From the NCBI GenBank assembly GCA_028534125.1, contig CM052817.1:41418001-41482000 (forward strand): 64,000 nt of DNA, read 5' to 3'. A program made the translations under genes and the position numbers. The notes under the pieces were generated by a model. The model was not told the DNA's origin, made no database searches, and worked only from the letters and a program-made list of their open reading frames with translations. Positions 50,487 to 63,586 of this stretch are shown here, in pieces. The stretch comes from Lama glama (lineage: Eukaryota). Each line of letters begins with the position of its first letter. Position 1 is the stretch's first letter.

Positions 50487-52899
50487 GTAAGAAATCTTGA
50501 CTGGAAAGTTAAAAAATGCATTTCATTAAAAGATTGCATAATCTAGTCATTATTAGCACTGTACATTAAAAAGAAGGAAAAGATGGTGGTCGCTAGTTCA
50601 TGGAGACCAGGAGCCTTTTACTATTGTGAAAACCCTTAGGTCAGCTCACACTGAATTAAGGGGGCTGGGGTGGGATTAGGGCACTCTTCTGAAATGTATA
50701 AAGGAAAATTGGATTTGCATGTGTAAAGTGATATTTGACTTACGTATTTTAATCTTTTTTAGTATATTTGAGAAAACCAATCTGCCTCACTCAAGAGGCA
50801 TTTGATTTTCTGCAATTAACATCACAGTCCCTTAAAGAGCTCATAGTATGAAGGAGGTAGTGATGCCTAATTAGGTAATGGAGAAGAGAAAGGGTATACT
50901 GGAGCTTTTGTGATAGTCTCCTGAATCAGGCTATGAGACACTCCATACTTGAAAACTCCAGGCTATGAAAAGACATTAAAAAAAACAAAACAAAAAAATC
51001 CCCCTGTGCTTAAGAAGCACTGTACCTATTTTAACATCTCGGGAAAAACAGCATATTGGAATGTGTTCAAATACTCATGTTAGGCATCACGCAGATGGTT
51101 GGTTCTAGTCCAAGACTAGTCAAGTCTTTTCGTGAATAATGCTTTTATGACATGTACCTTGGATTCTAATAATATGCAGTATGTGAGAACCTCTTCAGAG
51201 ATTAATATTCAAAGTTAACCTCGCTCTAACTTTTTTGAGAGTTAATTTCATTGAAAGCAAAATGGCTTTTGGGGAATTTAAAGGAGGTATGGAATAGTAA
51301 AGGAGTCGCATGTAGACTTTAAGCTTTTATAAAGCTGTTCTCAGTGGGAGACAAGACTGATTGTTGATAGATTCATGCTTCTGTCAATCACAATATACAG
51401 TGTAAACTAATATCTGTTGAGAAGGGAGTACTGACCATTTTATCCTTAAGTGTAAGTGACACCAGTAATGTTTCCATTTACAATTCATGGAGCCCATCCA
51501 GCAGTTTATCAAGGACGGGCCATGATGACACAGTGCCTGGCCTTGTGTCCCCAGAGCTTTCAGATATGAAGTCATTTTCAAGAGGGCTGCTTGCCCTGCA
51601 CCTCTCGGGATTTTCTCAGTGTAACATAACCCAATCACAGATGTTACAAATTAATAATTCATTCTAATTTCTGAGTATTTTTTTAAAGCTGTAGAGGCCC
51701 TATTTTTTTTGTTAACTGAGGAAATCTGTTTTTAATATAATACTAATAGAGTAGATTCACCAGAGGGGAATTCCATGCTGACAGCAAATATTAAAATTTA
51801 GTGTCATTAAAAATAAATGGTAAATTAGACATATTTATAGCAGCCGCAGGCAACAGCTATAGAATATGTAGATGGGGGCTCAAACCTAGTATTAATTAAC
51901 ACACAGTTTGAGTTTGAAAGTCTCATCTTTTAAAACCAGCCTAGAAAGGCTTTATTACATATTAGCATTTGCAGACAGCAGCACAGTATATAAAGGGCTT
52001 TTTATTCATACCTGGCAAACAAACGTGTCTCTGTAATGTGTGAAAATTCTCAAATTCGAAAGTGATTAACAAGGGAGTAGTGGAATCTATTTAGCGCTAA
52101 GAAAAGCACATAAATTGCCAGCAGAGGTTGGACTAATGACCCATCACCAGGGTCCTGACAACAGCCAATCACTAATGCATCAGAGTTATGACAGAGCACC
52201 CGCTGAGTTCCAGGACCAGCTGTCCCACAAACTGGCTCCATAATCTTTGAGAAAACAGACTGAGTCTGGTGTGCTATTTAGGAGTTGATTGGGGGTGGTT
52301 TTTAATTTTTGTGCAGGAGGCGGGGAAGGGGGATCAGAATTTCTCATCACCAAGCAGTTGATCTGATGTGTCTGTTAAGACTTCATCTGTTGCACTCATA
52401 GACCAAATAGCCAGAATGTGCAGTGTTTCAATAGCATTTCTTGCTTCAGCTTAAATCACCCAGAGCATTCAGTTCTAGAGGCAGACATCGCCTTTCAACC
52501 TCTTCTTGTGTTCTAATGGGAAAAGGAGAGTGGAAGTGGTATCAACATATTCACTAGTGTGCCCTAAGAGTTAACTAATGACCATCGTAAAACATAATAC
52601 GGATTCGGAATGCTGTGTAACTACTGATGATAATGAAAACGATCATGTGACCTCCACACCTGGCAGTTGTGCAGTATGGAAGACCAGAGTGGAAGGAGTG
52701 TCTGTTTCCACTCGTGGTGATTGATCCAGGAAGCATGGGATTTGACTGTGTGGCTGACTGAAAAGTCACCTAACTCTCTGTTACAGAGATTTGGTATTTG
52801 ACCCTCTGCCCTGCGACTCCTGTGTGGCATCTTTCATGAACCTGGAGGCATAGTGGGAACGGGCTGGGGGTGGGGAGTGTGGCAGGTCCTCCTTGGTCA

Positions 52900-53047
52900 G
52901 ATCATCAGCGGTGCTGCTTAAAAGGCAGATTCCCAGGTCCAACCTCACAGTTTTACTGGATCAGAAACTGGGGTAGGGACCCAGAAATCCACATTTTATC
53001 ATTTTAGCTATACAATTCTTTGGCTTATTAAAGTTTGAGAAGCACTA
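52900..53047. mobile_element. MER5-like DNA transposon remnant
   Basis: gcagattcccagg...tcagaaactgggg.agggacccagaaatc...aaagtttgagaagcact. Confidence 0.65.
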
Positions 53048-53735
53048 TTTAAAGTTATGAACAGAACACACATAGGTTAGAGTTTGCCATATTCTACCTC
53101 TTCATTCACGGATTTCTTATTTTTTTTTAATCGTTTGTTAAAAGTCTCTAGTCCTCCTTTCTTATAGTTCTTGCTAACACTTGCGAAAGTCAGAGGGGTT
53201 TTCTCATTGTAATGATTACATCCAGAACCATACAAAGTTGAGATAATTGTGGATTTTGCCAGTTTATGGACCAGTTAGTTAAAGGTGGGGCAACGAGGTG
53301 TTGTAGAAAGTTAGCTAGTCCAAAGTCTGGTGATTAGGTTTTATGGTCAAACCCCTGTTCCTAGCAGCTGTCAGTTAATTGTGGTGGGCATCAGGGTCTT
53401 CGCAGCTGTAAAATAAGGGAGTGCTGGGTGGGTCCCATCTCTACGGGCTCTTTCAAGTGTTTCAATTACAGAATTCTACACAGTTGGCTCACCTTAAAAG
53501 GAATTTCTGTTGGTTTTCATTCTGTAGACTTTGGTTCCTTAGAAATAAGCAATCAGGTACTATGTTTTGCCTGAATGGTTGATAGGGTCCACTGATGTAC
53601 ATGTGTTTGCTTTAAAGTTTCTAAAATGTTTTAACTATCATACTTGGAGAAACAAAAAATAGTTGGTAACAGACCCAGATAACTGTATGCAATTTTTTAA
53701 ACAATCAACTTAGGTATATAGTCACATGATGCAGA

Positions 53736-53736
53736 G

Positions 53737-53767
<31 letters not shown>

Positions 53768-53768
53768 T
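53736..53768. repeat. (TG)n microsatellite
   Basis: Seen directly. Confidence 0.95.
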
Positions 53769-55712
53769 ATCATACAGCTGATTGTGTATCATCAATAATT
53801 CTTTGGAATGAAGATTTCAAACCACACAGTAAAGACTCCAAGGAGGTTATAGGCTTGCTTCTTTGATTTGCCCTCCATCGCCTTGGATTTTATTTCTGGT
53901 TTTGTATGTTCTATTACAGGCACTGAGGCTCTAGCATTTTGCTAGCTAGCACAGAATGAGCAATTCTTTACATGAAGAACTCTTTCCATCTTTCGCTGTT
54001 GCTATTTGTGTAGTTTTCTTCTGACCTCTGCCATTCAGTCTGCCGTGGAATTGATTTCCTGATTTTCCCTTCTTGCCATACACTAAGTAACCACTCTCGG
54101 TGTTTCTAAATATCATCTTTTAGAACAACTTTTTCAGACTGTAGATCACAACTCATTACTGGGTCATGAAATCAATTTAGAGGAACACTTTTTAAAAAAA
54201 TCAGAGTACTGATCATAAGTATTGTTTAAATATGATTCAGTTTTATATAAGTATGTGTGTGTACACTTGCATGTAGGTATTTGGGTGTACATGTAAAATG
54301 TATTCCTTACTGTAATTCAGAGTAAAAACTGCTTGAAAACCACCACCCCACAGGATAGGGTCTATGGCTTCTTGGTCCTCTAAGGGACCCCTTTGCAATG
54401 TAACACAGGACAGTAAACCACACTGTTTGCATGTCTCTTTTTGGTCTTGGTGACCACCCTGGCTGGACTGGCTGCTCTCCCCATTTGACAAACACTGGCC
54501 AGTCTAGCATCGTAGCCAGTACTTACCACTATGTATTTTTGGTCTGACCTACATCCACGGCCTTTTCTGCTCTATGAAGTTACTGTCAACACACTGGGAG
54601 GTATTATTTATCTTCCTCCCATGGTTTTGGGTGACAAAGACTAATCCCTGGGAAAAAAACCACTAGGAAGGTTGCCCCTTAAGAAACAGCAAAGCCCTTT
54701 CTCAGTGTTGCCTTTCCAGCTTCTCCCTTTTAACTTATCTGACTGGCAGGAGTTAAAGCTGCCCGTCTGTGAAGACCAGAGACTTTATAATAGCTGAAGA
54801 ACAGCCCACCAGCACTTGAGGAATTCTCTAGATTCCTTCTGTTCCATGTGGGTGATGGGGACTGAAATTAAGATGGGAACAGATCCAAGAGCAGGCTGTC
54901 TGAAACAGGAAAGTCTCACATGACCCCGGCAGTTTTAGTAAAAAGAACTGAATGTTAGCTCTATGACGAAGAGCCCTGAACCGCGGTGTCATGGTCATCT
55001 CGATGGTAAAGCGAGCTTGTGTGTATATAGTGAAGGCTTGTGACAGAGCTATAATGAGAAGAAGTAGAGTGCTGGAGTAAGCAGACTGTGATGGAAAAGA
55101 CTCAAAATGTTATTTTCCGAGTAGAATAAAAGTGTGTTTCTTGCTCACATAACAGTCCAGGGAGGCTAGGCCTGGTTAGCTACATAGAATTATTCAGGAA
55201 CTCAAGCTGATGGCTACTCTGCCATCTTCAATACTGTCCCACTCCCAAAATCTCTCAGGGCCATGCCATTACAGTTTGGGGAAATGTATGAAGACACAGC
55301 CTTGGACCGGTCCATAGGCCTGGCATGGGCAGGACATACATTGCTTCTGCTCAAACTCATGTAGCTAAAAGTTAATCACATGGCTGCAGTGAACAGCAGG
55401 GAGGCTGGGGGATGCAGTTTACCTGGATGGCTGTGTATTACTGTCGAAGACTTTGATGACCAGCTCACAGCCTCTTTCACAGAAATTAACAGTCACCAGG
55501 TGACTGTCTCACCTAGTCCACAAACATCATTAGGAATGGTAGATCATACCATCTGAATTTTACAGAAAAGGAAACTGAGGTTCAGTATATTGAAATAACA
55601 GCTAAGCAAACCATTCTCATCTTCCTCCTTAACACGGTGATCATTAATTGAGTATTTACCATGGTTCAGGGGCTTTCAGTTCTCCAAAAACCATTGTCTT
55701 TAATTAGCTTAT

Positions 55713-56358
55713 TGTGGGAGGCAGAAGGGACCCCCTCCAAAATGTCCAGACCTTAAACCCTGAAACACATGAGTATGTTGTATGACATGGCAAAAGGAAC
55801 TTTGCAGATTTAATTAAGATTTGGGACCTTAAAATAGAGATTATCTTGGATTATCTAGGTGGGCCAAATATGAATCATTCAGGAACATGAGCCCTTAAAA
55901 GCAGAGAGTTTTCTCTGGCTGCAGTCAGAGAAATGTAGCAGAAGTGGAAGTCAGAGAGATTCCAAGTACATGAAGAATTCTACATGCCCTTTCTGGTATT
56001 GAAACATAAGGGGTTCCATGCAGGGGCAAGAGAGAAGTCTAGGAACTATGAGGCAGCTCCTGGCTGACAGCCAGCAGGGAAATGGAACCTTATTCTACAA
56101 TTGCAAGGAACTGAATTCTGCCAACAACCTCATTAAGCTTGAAAGTGGATTTTTTTTCCCCAGAGGCACCACAAAGGAACACAGCCCCAATGACACCCTG
56201 AGTTCAGTCTTGAGAGACCCCAAACAGAGCAACCCGGTTGAGCCATGCCGTGCCTCAGCTTGCTGACCCACAGAAACTGAGATAACAGATGAGTGTTGTT
56301 TTAAGCCACTAAGTGTGTGTGGTTATTTATTACAGCAGCAATAAAAAAAAACTAATGT
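55713..56358 (+). mobile_element. MLT1E-like MaLR solo LTR
   Basis: tgtgggaggcagaa...atggcaaaaggaactttgcagat...gcaaggaactgaattctgccaacaacc...tgttgttttaagccactaag. Confidence 0.85.
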
Positions 56359-57583
56359 GCCATCTTCTCTAAGTCCTTGAAAGTAAATGTTCTTATTTAA
56401 ATTTTCTGGATTGGTGGAAGTGAAATTCAGAGCAGAACTGAGATTTGAATCTTGATTTCTATGGATTCAAAGTGCTTTTTCCCCTAAGATATTATGCTTC
56501 CTTCCATGAGATCTTGAAATGTCTTGTAAAATATACATAGTGCTATGTGAATAAAAGGTATGTTTATTAGTATTAGTAGTAATATTTATTCCATAAATGT
56601 AAATATGTTCTAAGAGTACAGGACCCAAAAATAACTGAAATATGATAGACACAAAAGCAGTTTTGTTTGGATTTTTTCAAGTCTAAAAGAAAAACAAGAG
56701 AGTGCTATGATGTTAGGTATGCCTTTAAAAAAATTAAACAAGACCAGTTTTGTTTGTATAAATAATTAAGAGATCTACTTTAGTTCTATGACTTTGAGAC
56801 AATATCAAATTAAAGCAAAGTAGGAATGGACAGTTTAATCCATCTTTTATTTTCTAAGAGACTGAATTGCTCTTTTGATCTGACAGGTAGATGAATTACT
56901 TTTCCCTGCCCCTCAATCCTCTGATTACACACACATATATGAGGGAAACAAAGAAACAAGTGACAGTTTGGGGTTTCATGAGGATAAACCTACATTGATG
57001 AATGGAATTTACAAGTGAAAAATTCTAATGTTGTTCTTCCGTGATGATAAATCTTTGGAGGGAATCTATATGAAAGAACTCCTCACTGTGTATATAGAAT
57101 TTTCCCAACCATTTCTCTGCAAGGAATTAGAAACTGAGGTTGATGTTCCTCATATCCTTTTGCGGTTACATTTTCCACTTATTAGGTAATGTTTGTCATT
57201 TTTTCTAAACTCTAGACCCAGTTTCAGACTGTTGCAGATCATCAAAGAGTTTATATTTAGATTATTTTGGGGAAGCCTACCTACGTATCAGTGATGACTG
57301 CCTGGTTCATGTCTTCAGTGTCCATGCCTGAAATTCATTATTCCAAGGGAATTTTTTTTTCTGTGACAGATAAATGTAAATGCAGATAATAAAGTAAGAG
57401 TCTCCTTAACTTTTCCATGGTTTGTGACTACAATGTTTAAAAAGATCACGGTTACAATAAGCAAACAATAACAGAAACGGTGTGGAATGCTCATTTCAAA
57501 GACACGGGAGTTCTGTTTCATTTATGTCTTCATCTGAATGTCTCCACTGCATCTAACGTTTTCTTTTTCTCTCATCCCAATAG

Positions 57584-57661
57584 GAATACTATGACAAAGG
57601 AGATTACATAATTAGAGAGGGCGAGGAAGGAAGTACCTTTTTCATTTTAGCAAAAGGAAAG
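57584..57661 (+). CDS. PRKG2: PRKG2 coding exon 6
   Basis: caatag|GAA TAC TAT... gives EYYDKGDYIIREGEEGSTFFILAKGK. Donor AAG|GTAAAT. 78 nt. Confidence 0.96.
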
Positions 57662-57789
57662 GTAAATATTAATGAAAGCTTACTTAAAGTAAATCAAAAA
57701 ATTGTTTTGAATCTGTTTGCCATACACACAGCAATGTTCCAACATTGCAGCCTAAGTCCCCTGTGTAGAGCTGGGTAAAGGAGCTTCTG

Positions 57790-57970
57790 CTCAAAAATCC
57801 TGGGAGGGTTTGGTCTGAGCACTGGGTTTGGGGCCACAAGAGACTTGTGATGGGTTCCAGCTGAGACAGTAACTTCCTAGTGACTTTAGTCAGGTCACTT
57901 GACATTCTTTAGACTTGGTTTCATCGTGTATAAAATGACTGGATTATTTCTAACATCCCTTCTAGCTATG
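57790..57970 (+). mobile_element. MIR SINE fragment
   Basis: ctgagcactggg...gtgactttagtcaggtcacttgac...gtttcatcgtgtataaaatga. Confidence 0.55.
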
Positions 57971-59272
57971 ACTGTGTGATTCCCAGCCCAAGATCGGGGC
58001 TGGAACATTTTCCCACCCCACAGATACGACAGACAACAGTGGAAGAAAATGAACTAGGCAATTGAGGGCAGCAGTGATCAGACATCAAGCTGGAGAACAG
58101 TGTGTCTCAGAACTTCAAATTGTATACAATAGCTCAAGCTGATTTAGATGCTGATGAAAAGTTTACCCTGATGTAGGCTACAGATCTTTTTCTTTACCTA
58201 GATATTGAGTGGATAACATTTTGTCAGTTGCTCCCACGTTGGCTCTTTACAATGTTCCTCAGAGACAAAAAGCATTTGTGAAAGATCGAAGGAAAGAATG
58301 AAATCTTGAGCACCTGTGTCCATAAACTGCCAGATTTTTATAAATGCTCTTTCTTCTATGAAAGAGTTTTATCATCAGAGAGTCGGGCACTGCCCTTTGT
58401 AAACTGGTTCGTGGTTGAACTTTGAACTAGGCCCCCAGTGATGGGAAAAAAGTTCACAAAATAGTTTTGGAAACTTTTCAACACTCAGAAACACTTTTTA
58501 TCATTTCTCACCAACTTAAACCTCATGTTTTGAAAGAATTCTGCCTGATAAATAAATTGCATTTATTATTTAAAAAAATTTTAATTTATTGTAACTTTCA
58601 TAAATGCTAATCAGAATTTCTCACCAATATGAAGCGACCTTTCTTCCCATGTTGAACTGGAATAATTCTAGCCACAAGCAAGTAATGTTAAAGTTTTTGT
58701 TTGGCTCTCCCATGCGGGCTCTTAAACCATCACATTGAGCCTCTTGTGAGACTTGTGGACCCTCCTCCAGATCCACAGTTTGTATTCAGTTTTAGAGAGT
58801 CCGCACGAATCAACAAGTCAGTTGTGGACACTGGGTTCAGAACTCCTGATACTCAGTCTTATTCTTGATTGATTTGTCAACTCTATTTGGCTTTTTGGAA
58901 AAATAAAGTTCCCACAGGATCATTATCATTTTCTTTGACCATCCTTAGGAAGGAGTAACTGGATTCACATAGCAAATTTATTAACTTTGGGAGGTGAAGT
59001 TTGTATGGAGAGGCTTCTTCTTGCAAAAGATGGAGTCATGTGATCATGTTAGGTGGCAGACCTTTTTAGTCCATCCAAATGAGTTGACTGTAATTAGATT
59101 AGTCTAACTGTAGTTGACTGTAGTCTTAACTACTGAAATATTGAAGCAAAGACTTGTCTCTTTCCTTGTTCAGTCAAGTTTATGTAGATCTGGAGGGTCT
59201 GGCTGAATGGATATGTGTTTAGATTCTCCTTTACTTCTCTCTCTCTCTTTTTAATTATTTGACATCATTTAG

Positions 59273-59367
59273 GTAAAAGTCACCCAGAGTACTGAGGGCC
59301 ATGATCAACCACAACTGATAAAAACACTGCAGAAAGGAGAATACTTTGGAGAAAAAGCTCTTATCAG
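59273..59367 (+). CDS. PRKG2: PRKG2 coding exon 7
   Basis: atttag|GTA AAA GTC... gives VKVTQSTEGHDQPQLIKTLQKGEYFGEKALI. Donor AG|GTGAAT. 95 nt. Confidence 0.96.
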
Positions 59368-61669
59368 GTGAATCTATGAATTTATAGACTATACTTAATA
59401 ATAATTCTTTGGTTGTTTGCACATATATCTACTCATTTGGAGCTGTAGAATGGAGCTACCAAACTGATGGCAGCCATTATCTGGAAATTAAACCAAAATT
59501 TTACACTGACTTCTAAAAAAATTCATTGTTAAATGGGAAATAAGTTTATTAATTTTGTATAGGAAGTGATTTGGAAAGTTTTAAGTTTGCTGGTGAAAAT
59601 AAAATTGGTGTTCCAAAATAATAATTCTAATAATTTTTGGTTTAAATGAGAGTCAGAGAAAGAAATTGAAGACATGAAAACTAGAATTTTCCTGTAAGAG
59701 TTTTTATATTATGAAGTTTTAAAATGTTGCCTTGTTTTATTCTTTTAAAAATTATCAGATAATGACTTTACATATTCTTTGTGCTTTTAGATCATTATGC
59801 CAAAGGTAATATTTTCTTAAGACTTTTTATCAGCTCATTTTGCAAGTTTTAGAAGCAACTCAAAATAGTGTATTTAAAGTTTCTCCCTGAACCTTTGGCC
59901 TTTTGAGGTATGTGCTTATTTATTGTTTGATCTAACTTATAGGAGAAACATTTATAAAGATTAACCAAATAGCACAGGAGACACTATGTGCTTCTTGGAA
60001 CTCAGAACACAACCTCAAATGTGAAAAAAAATTTCTTAAATATACATAACCTTATAAAGTCAGAATTTTGAGCAAGACACTTTTTTTGGAGTCATATATG
60101 TTTTTAAATGAATACTTGAAACTATTAAGAAATCACTTAAAATTTATGCTATTACTAAATGCTTTTATTTCATATCTTTGCTTATAAAATAAGTAGTATT
60201 TCTGTTCATTTTTCTTCCTTTTTAATTTTTGTCTGTGAAGCCCCAGTTCTGCTGATATACATGTCAGGATTACATTAAGTACAGAGCAAAGAAAAAGTAT
60301 TCACAAATTACCTGAAGACAAATTTGATTATTTAAAAGTCATATAACTTTTATTTTTAAAGAAAATTAAGCTACTTAAACTCAATAAGTGAAGTTATAGC
60401 TATTTGGTAGACAAAAAATTGAATTTAAAAACAAGTTGAGTTTTTGTTTCCCATTTTCTAGCTGGTAATGAACTTGTTTCAATAATTGGGAAATTGTCCT
60501 TTTTTGTTTATTTGTGCCAGAATATGAATACATTCATGCAATATAATCGTGTAATATCATTATTCAAGACTTCAGTGTATTTGTTCTTAACATTAACAGA
60601 TTATTTTTCTCATATCTCCAAGCAAAACAATTAGTTTGAAAGTGCAGAGAACTTTATAAATGTACTGTAGACTCAAAATAGCTCTTGAAAGGAAATATGC
60701 TGTCTGGTTATGCTGGATCTGAAATAATTTATGTTCTATGTTGTAGCTAGCCAATTACAGTGTTTTCCCATGAGAAACATGAGAATTTACATTTAATAAA
60801 GACACTCATTCCCCAAAGCATTTAAAAGCATAAAACTAAAATCTATGAGAAAGAGAGTTGGATACACATATGTTTACATTTTTGTGCATTTTTACGCTAT
60901 CACTTTTTGGGGCCGCTGACTGTGACTCACTATTCTTTACGTTCTGTGTATTTCCATGACTCGACATTAAATAGTCCCAGGAGTTCTTTCAGCATTTTGT
61001 ATGCAAAAATAAATTCATGGTACTTAACAATTATTATGAAAAAACAATGTGTATTTGTAAACCTCTAATACTCATAAACTTTTTGTAAAGGAATTTCCTA
61101 GTCAAAATCGTGACACTGGCAAGTGAAAGGGTTGCTATATCTCTTCATTTTTGAGCTCACATATCAAAGAGTTGGCCCATATCCAAATCGATATCTACAC
61201 ATACCAGTTGAGTATAAACTACCCAGCTCCCAACTCAAAAGCCCATTAAGCTGAAATGTTTTCACCAATGTCTTCTAGCAAGGACCCTGTAAACTTGGGA
61301 GGGACTGTGTTAGAAAGTCTCTGGATGCTGGCTATGTGGACAGGGGACTTCTCTGCACTGAGAAGCGGGCTGCCAAGGTCTTCCCTGTCCTACCACTAAG
61401 GGAAGACAAAACAACTGTATACTTTGAGTGATGCCATTTTTGACGAAGTTGCTTAGAGCAGTCCTCCTGTGCTTACTGCTCCAGGTTACCTTAAATGAAT
61501 CTCAGAGCACTGGGTACCACATGGATGTACCTTTTCTTCAGGGTCTTTAGTTTGTAATTAATAGAAGGATGAAACTAATATAAATAAAGTTCTCTAAAGA
61601 AAGACTTTACCCAGTGCTTGACTCGTTGGTATTCATCAGGGAATTAAATATACTATGATTAGATCATAT

Positions 61670-61826
61670 GTCATAATTCTTCATATCTAAGGTATCAATT
61701 ATAAGATGCATTATGATATTATGTACCCCCGAGAAAGACAATTACGCTATGACTCATCGTCAGTTGTAAGACATGCATTGATTTCAGAGATTGTAATGGA
61801 AAATATACATCTTAGACTATGAAATA
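61670..61826 (-). mobile_element. MER104/Kanga-like Tc2 DNA transposon remnant
   Basis: Reverse complement tatttcatagtctaagatg...atctctgaaatc...gtcttacaa resembles the recalled MER104 end. Confidence 0.45.
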
Positions 61827-62311
61827 AAAGATTTTAGATTTACCTAATTCATTGGGTGATATGGCATGAAAAACACTTTCTTTGGGTTTTATTTTTTGAT
61901 TGGTTATTATACGTTAATTACTTCAATGTTTTCTTATAAATGTCTTTGATCAGGTAATTTCAATTTTGGCTGCTTTTTAACTAGCAATTCCTGTTTGATC
62001 AAAGACCTATTTCATTTGGGCTGACGCAGAGCACAGAGTGAAATTCCATACACGGCTGTAGTCACTGATTTATGTTCCCAGTGCAGTTACCTTCTCCTCT
62101 GGATTCCTTGTGCACTTAACCTTTATTAGGACACATGTCCATGCTTTTTTATTTTTCTTGGAAAGGGGTGGAGTATATATTATGATGTTAAAAAAAGGCA
62201 TAATCTTTGGAAGGATTAGGTGATGATGTTTCATGCAAATAGCAGGTTCCGTAATAAAAATGTATGTTTAATTTCTCACTAGAAAACTGACTTTCCTGTT
62301 TTTGTCTGCAG

Positions 62312-62380
62312 TGAAGATGTCAGATCAGCTAACATCATTGCTGAGGAAAATGATGTCGCATGTCTGGTTATAGATCGAGA
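62312..62380 (+). CDS. PRKG2: PRKG2 coding exon 8 (CNB-B cassette Arg-Ser)
   Basis: ctgcag|T GAA GAT... gives (S)EDVRSANIIAEENDVACLVIDR. Donor GA|GTGAGT. 69 nt, cumulative CDS 1154 nt. Confidence 0.96.
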
Positions 62381-63539
62381 GTGAGTATGCTGCTGTTGTT
62401 GGAGAATGCAGGCTCCTGCCACCTTTGAAGACTTGGCCTTCTGTTACTCCAAGGGCCATCTGTCTTCCCATTCATCGCTACTTGGAAGTGCTGGCCAATC
62501 CTCAGCTGCTAGTACATTCTATTAAAATTCATGGGAAGGAACTGGGCCTTCTGATCTGAATCTGTCTGTGGCAGTGGCAGATGCTGGCAGGCTAAATATT
62601 TTGTGTTCAAAGTTTGTACATAAATATCAGCAATAGACTGATTTAAATTCTACATCTTCCAGAGAAATAAGCTTATTAGTACTCATGTATTTTTTTCCAC
62701 ACAATATACTGAGGAATTTCATAATGTATTCCTAAAATGCTCTAAGCAGTCAGAAATATTTTTGAACAAAACTTCTCTCTCGCAGACAAAATATAAAATG
62801 CTCATTAGCTATATGTATTTCCAGAGAAATCTGAATTTAACATTTGCGGTAATTTGCAAGAGATGTGCATCAATATTAACCTCTAAACATCTTAGGTTAT
62901 TTTTCAGAATGTCTCATTTTGTGTTGTTAAATCCCTTCAGATCATATTTGAATCTGACTCCTCAGATCTCTTATTCATCAGGGGGATATTTGTTGACTAG
63001 ATACAATTAAGGGAATTCTGCTATACCAAACCTAGGCCATTATCAGAGAAAAGTCATGTGTAGCCAAACAAATAGGACATGTGCTTATGAAATATTAACT
63101 AAAAATAGTCAAATGATGACAAGTATCACAAGAGAATATGCAACTGATTGCTAATTGAATACACCATTTATTGAACATAGAATCATAGAGATTTAGAGCT
63201 GGAAAGAACCTTGGAATATTAAAAAAAATGTTTTACTATGAAAAATTTCAAACATATTAAAAATAGACAGATCAGTATTATAAACCCCATAATACAAGTT
63301 CAACAATTATCAATTAACCCTCCCTGCCTTCACCACACTATTTTCAAGCAAATTCCAAACATAAAGTTATTTCACTGATAAATTTTAGTAGCATCTCGAA
63401 AAGCTGAGTATTATTTATAATACATGACCACAGTAATATAACATACCTAAAAAGTTAGCAATTATTTTTTATTGACAATTTTGAATTGAAGTATAATTTA
63501 CACCTAACATTATATTAGCTTCAGGTGTACAAGATAATG

Positions 63540-63542
<3 letters not shown>

Positions 63543-63582
<40 letters not shown>
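63543..63582. repeat. (TA)n microsatellite inside an antisense L1 3' tail (~63480-63625)
   Basis: About 20 AT units, flanked by ttgaagtataattta...caggtgtacaa and atcaccacactaaatctagttaaca. Confidence 0.9.

Positions 63583-63586
<4 letters not shown>

Noticed and set aside
63099..63108. MEF2 consensus CTAAAAATAG
   Set aside because: A single AT-rich motif in an AT-rich intron is expected by chance, with no supporting context.
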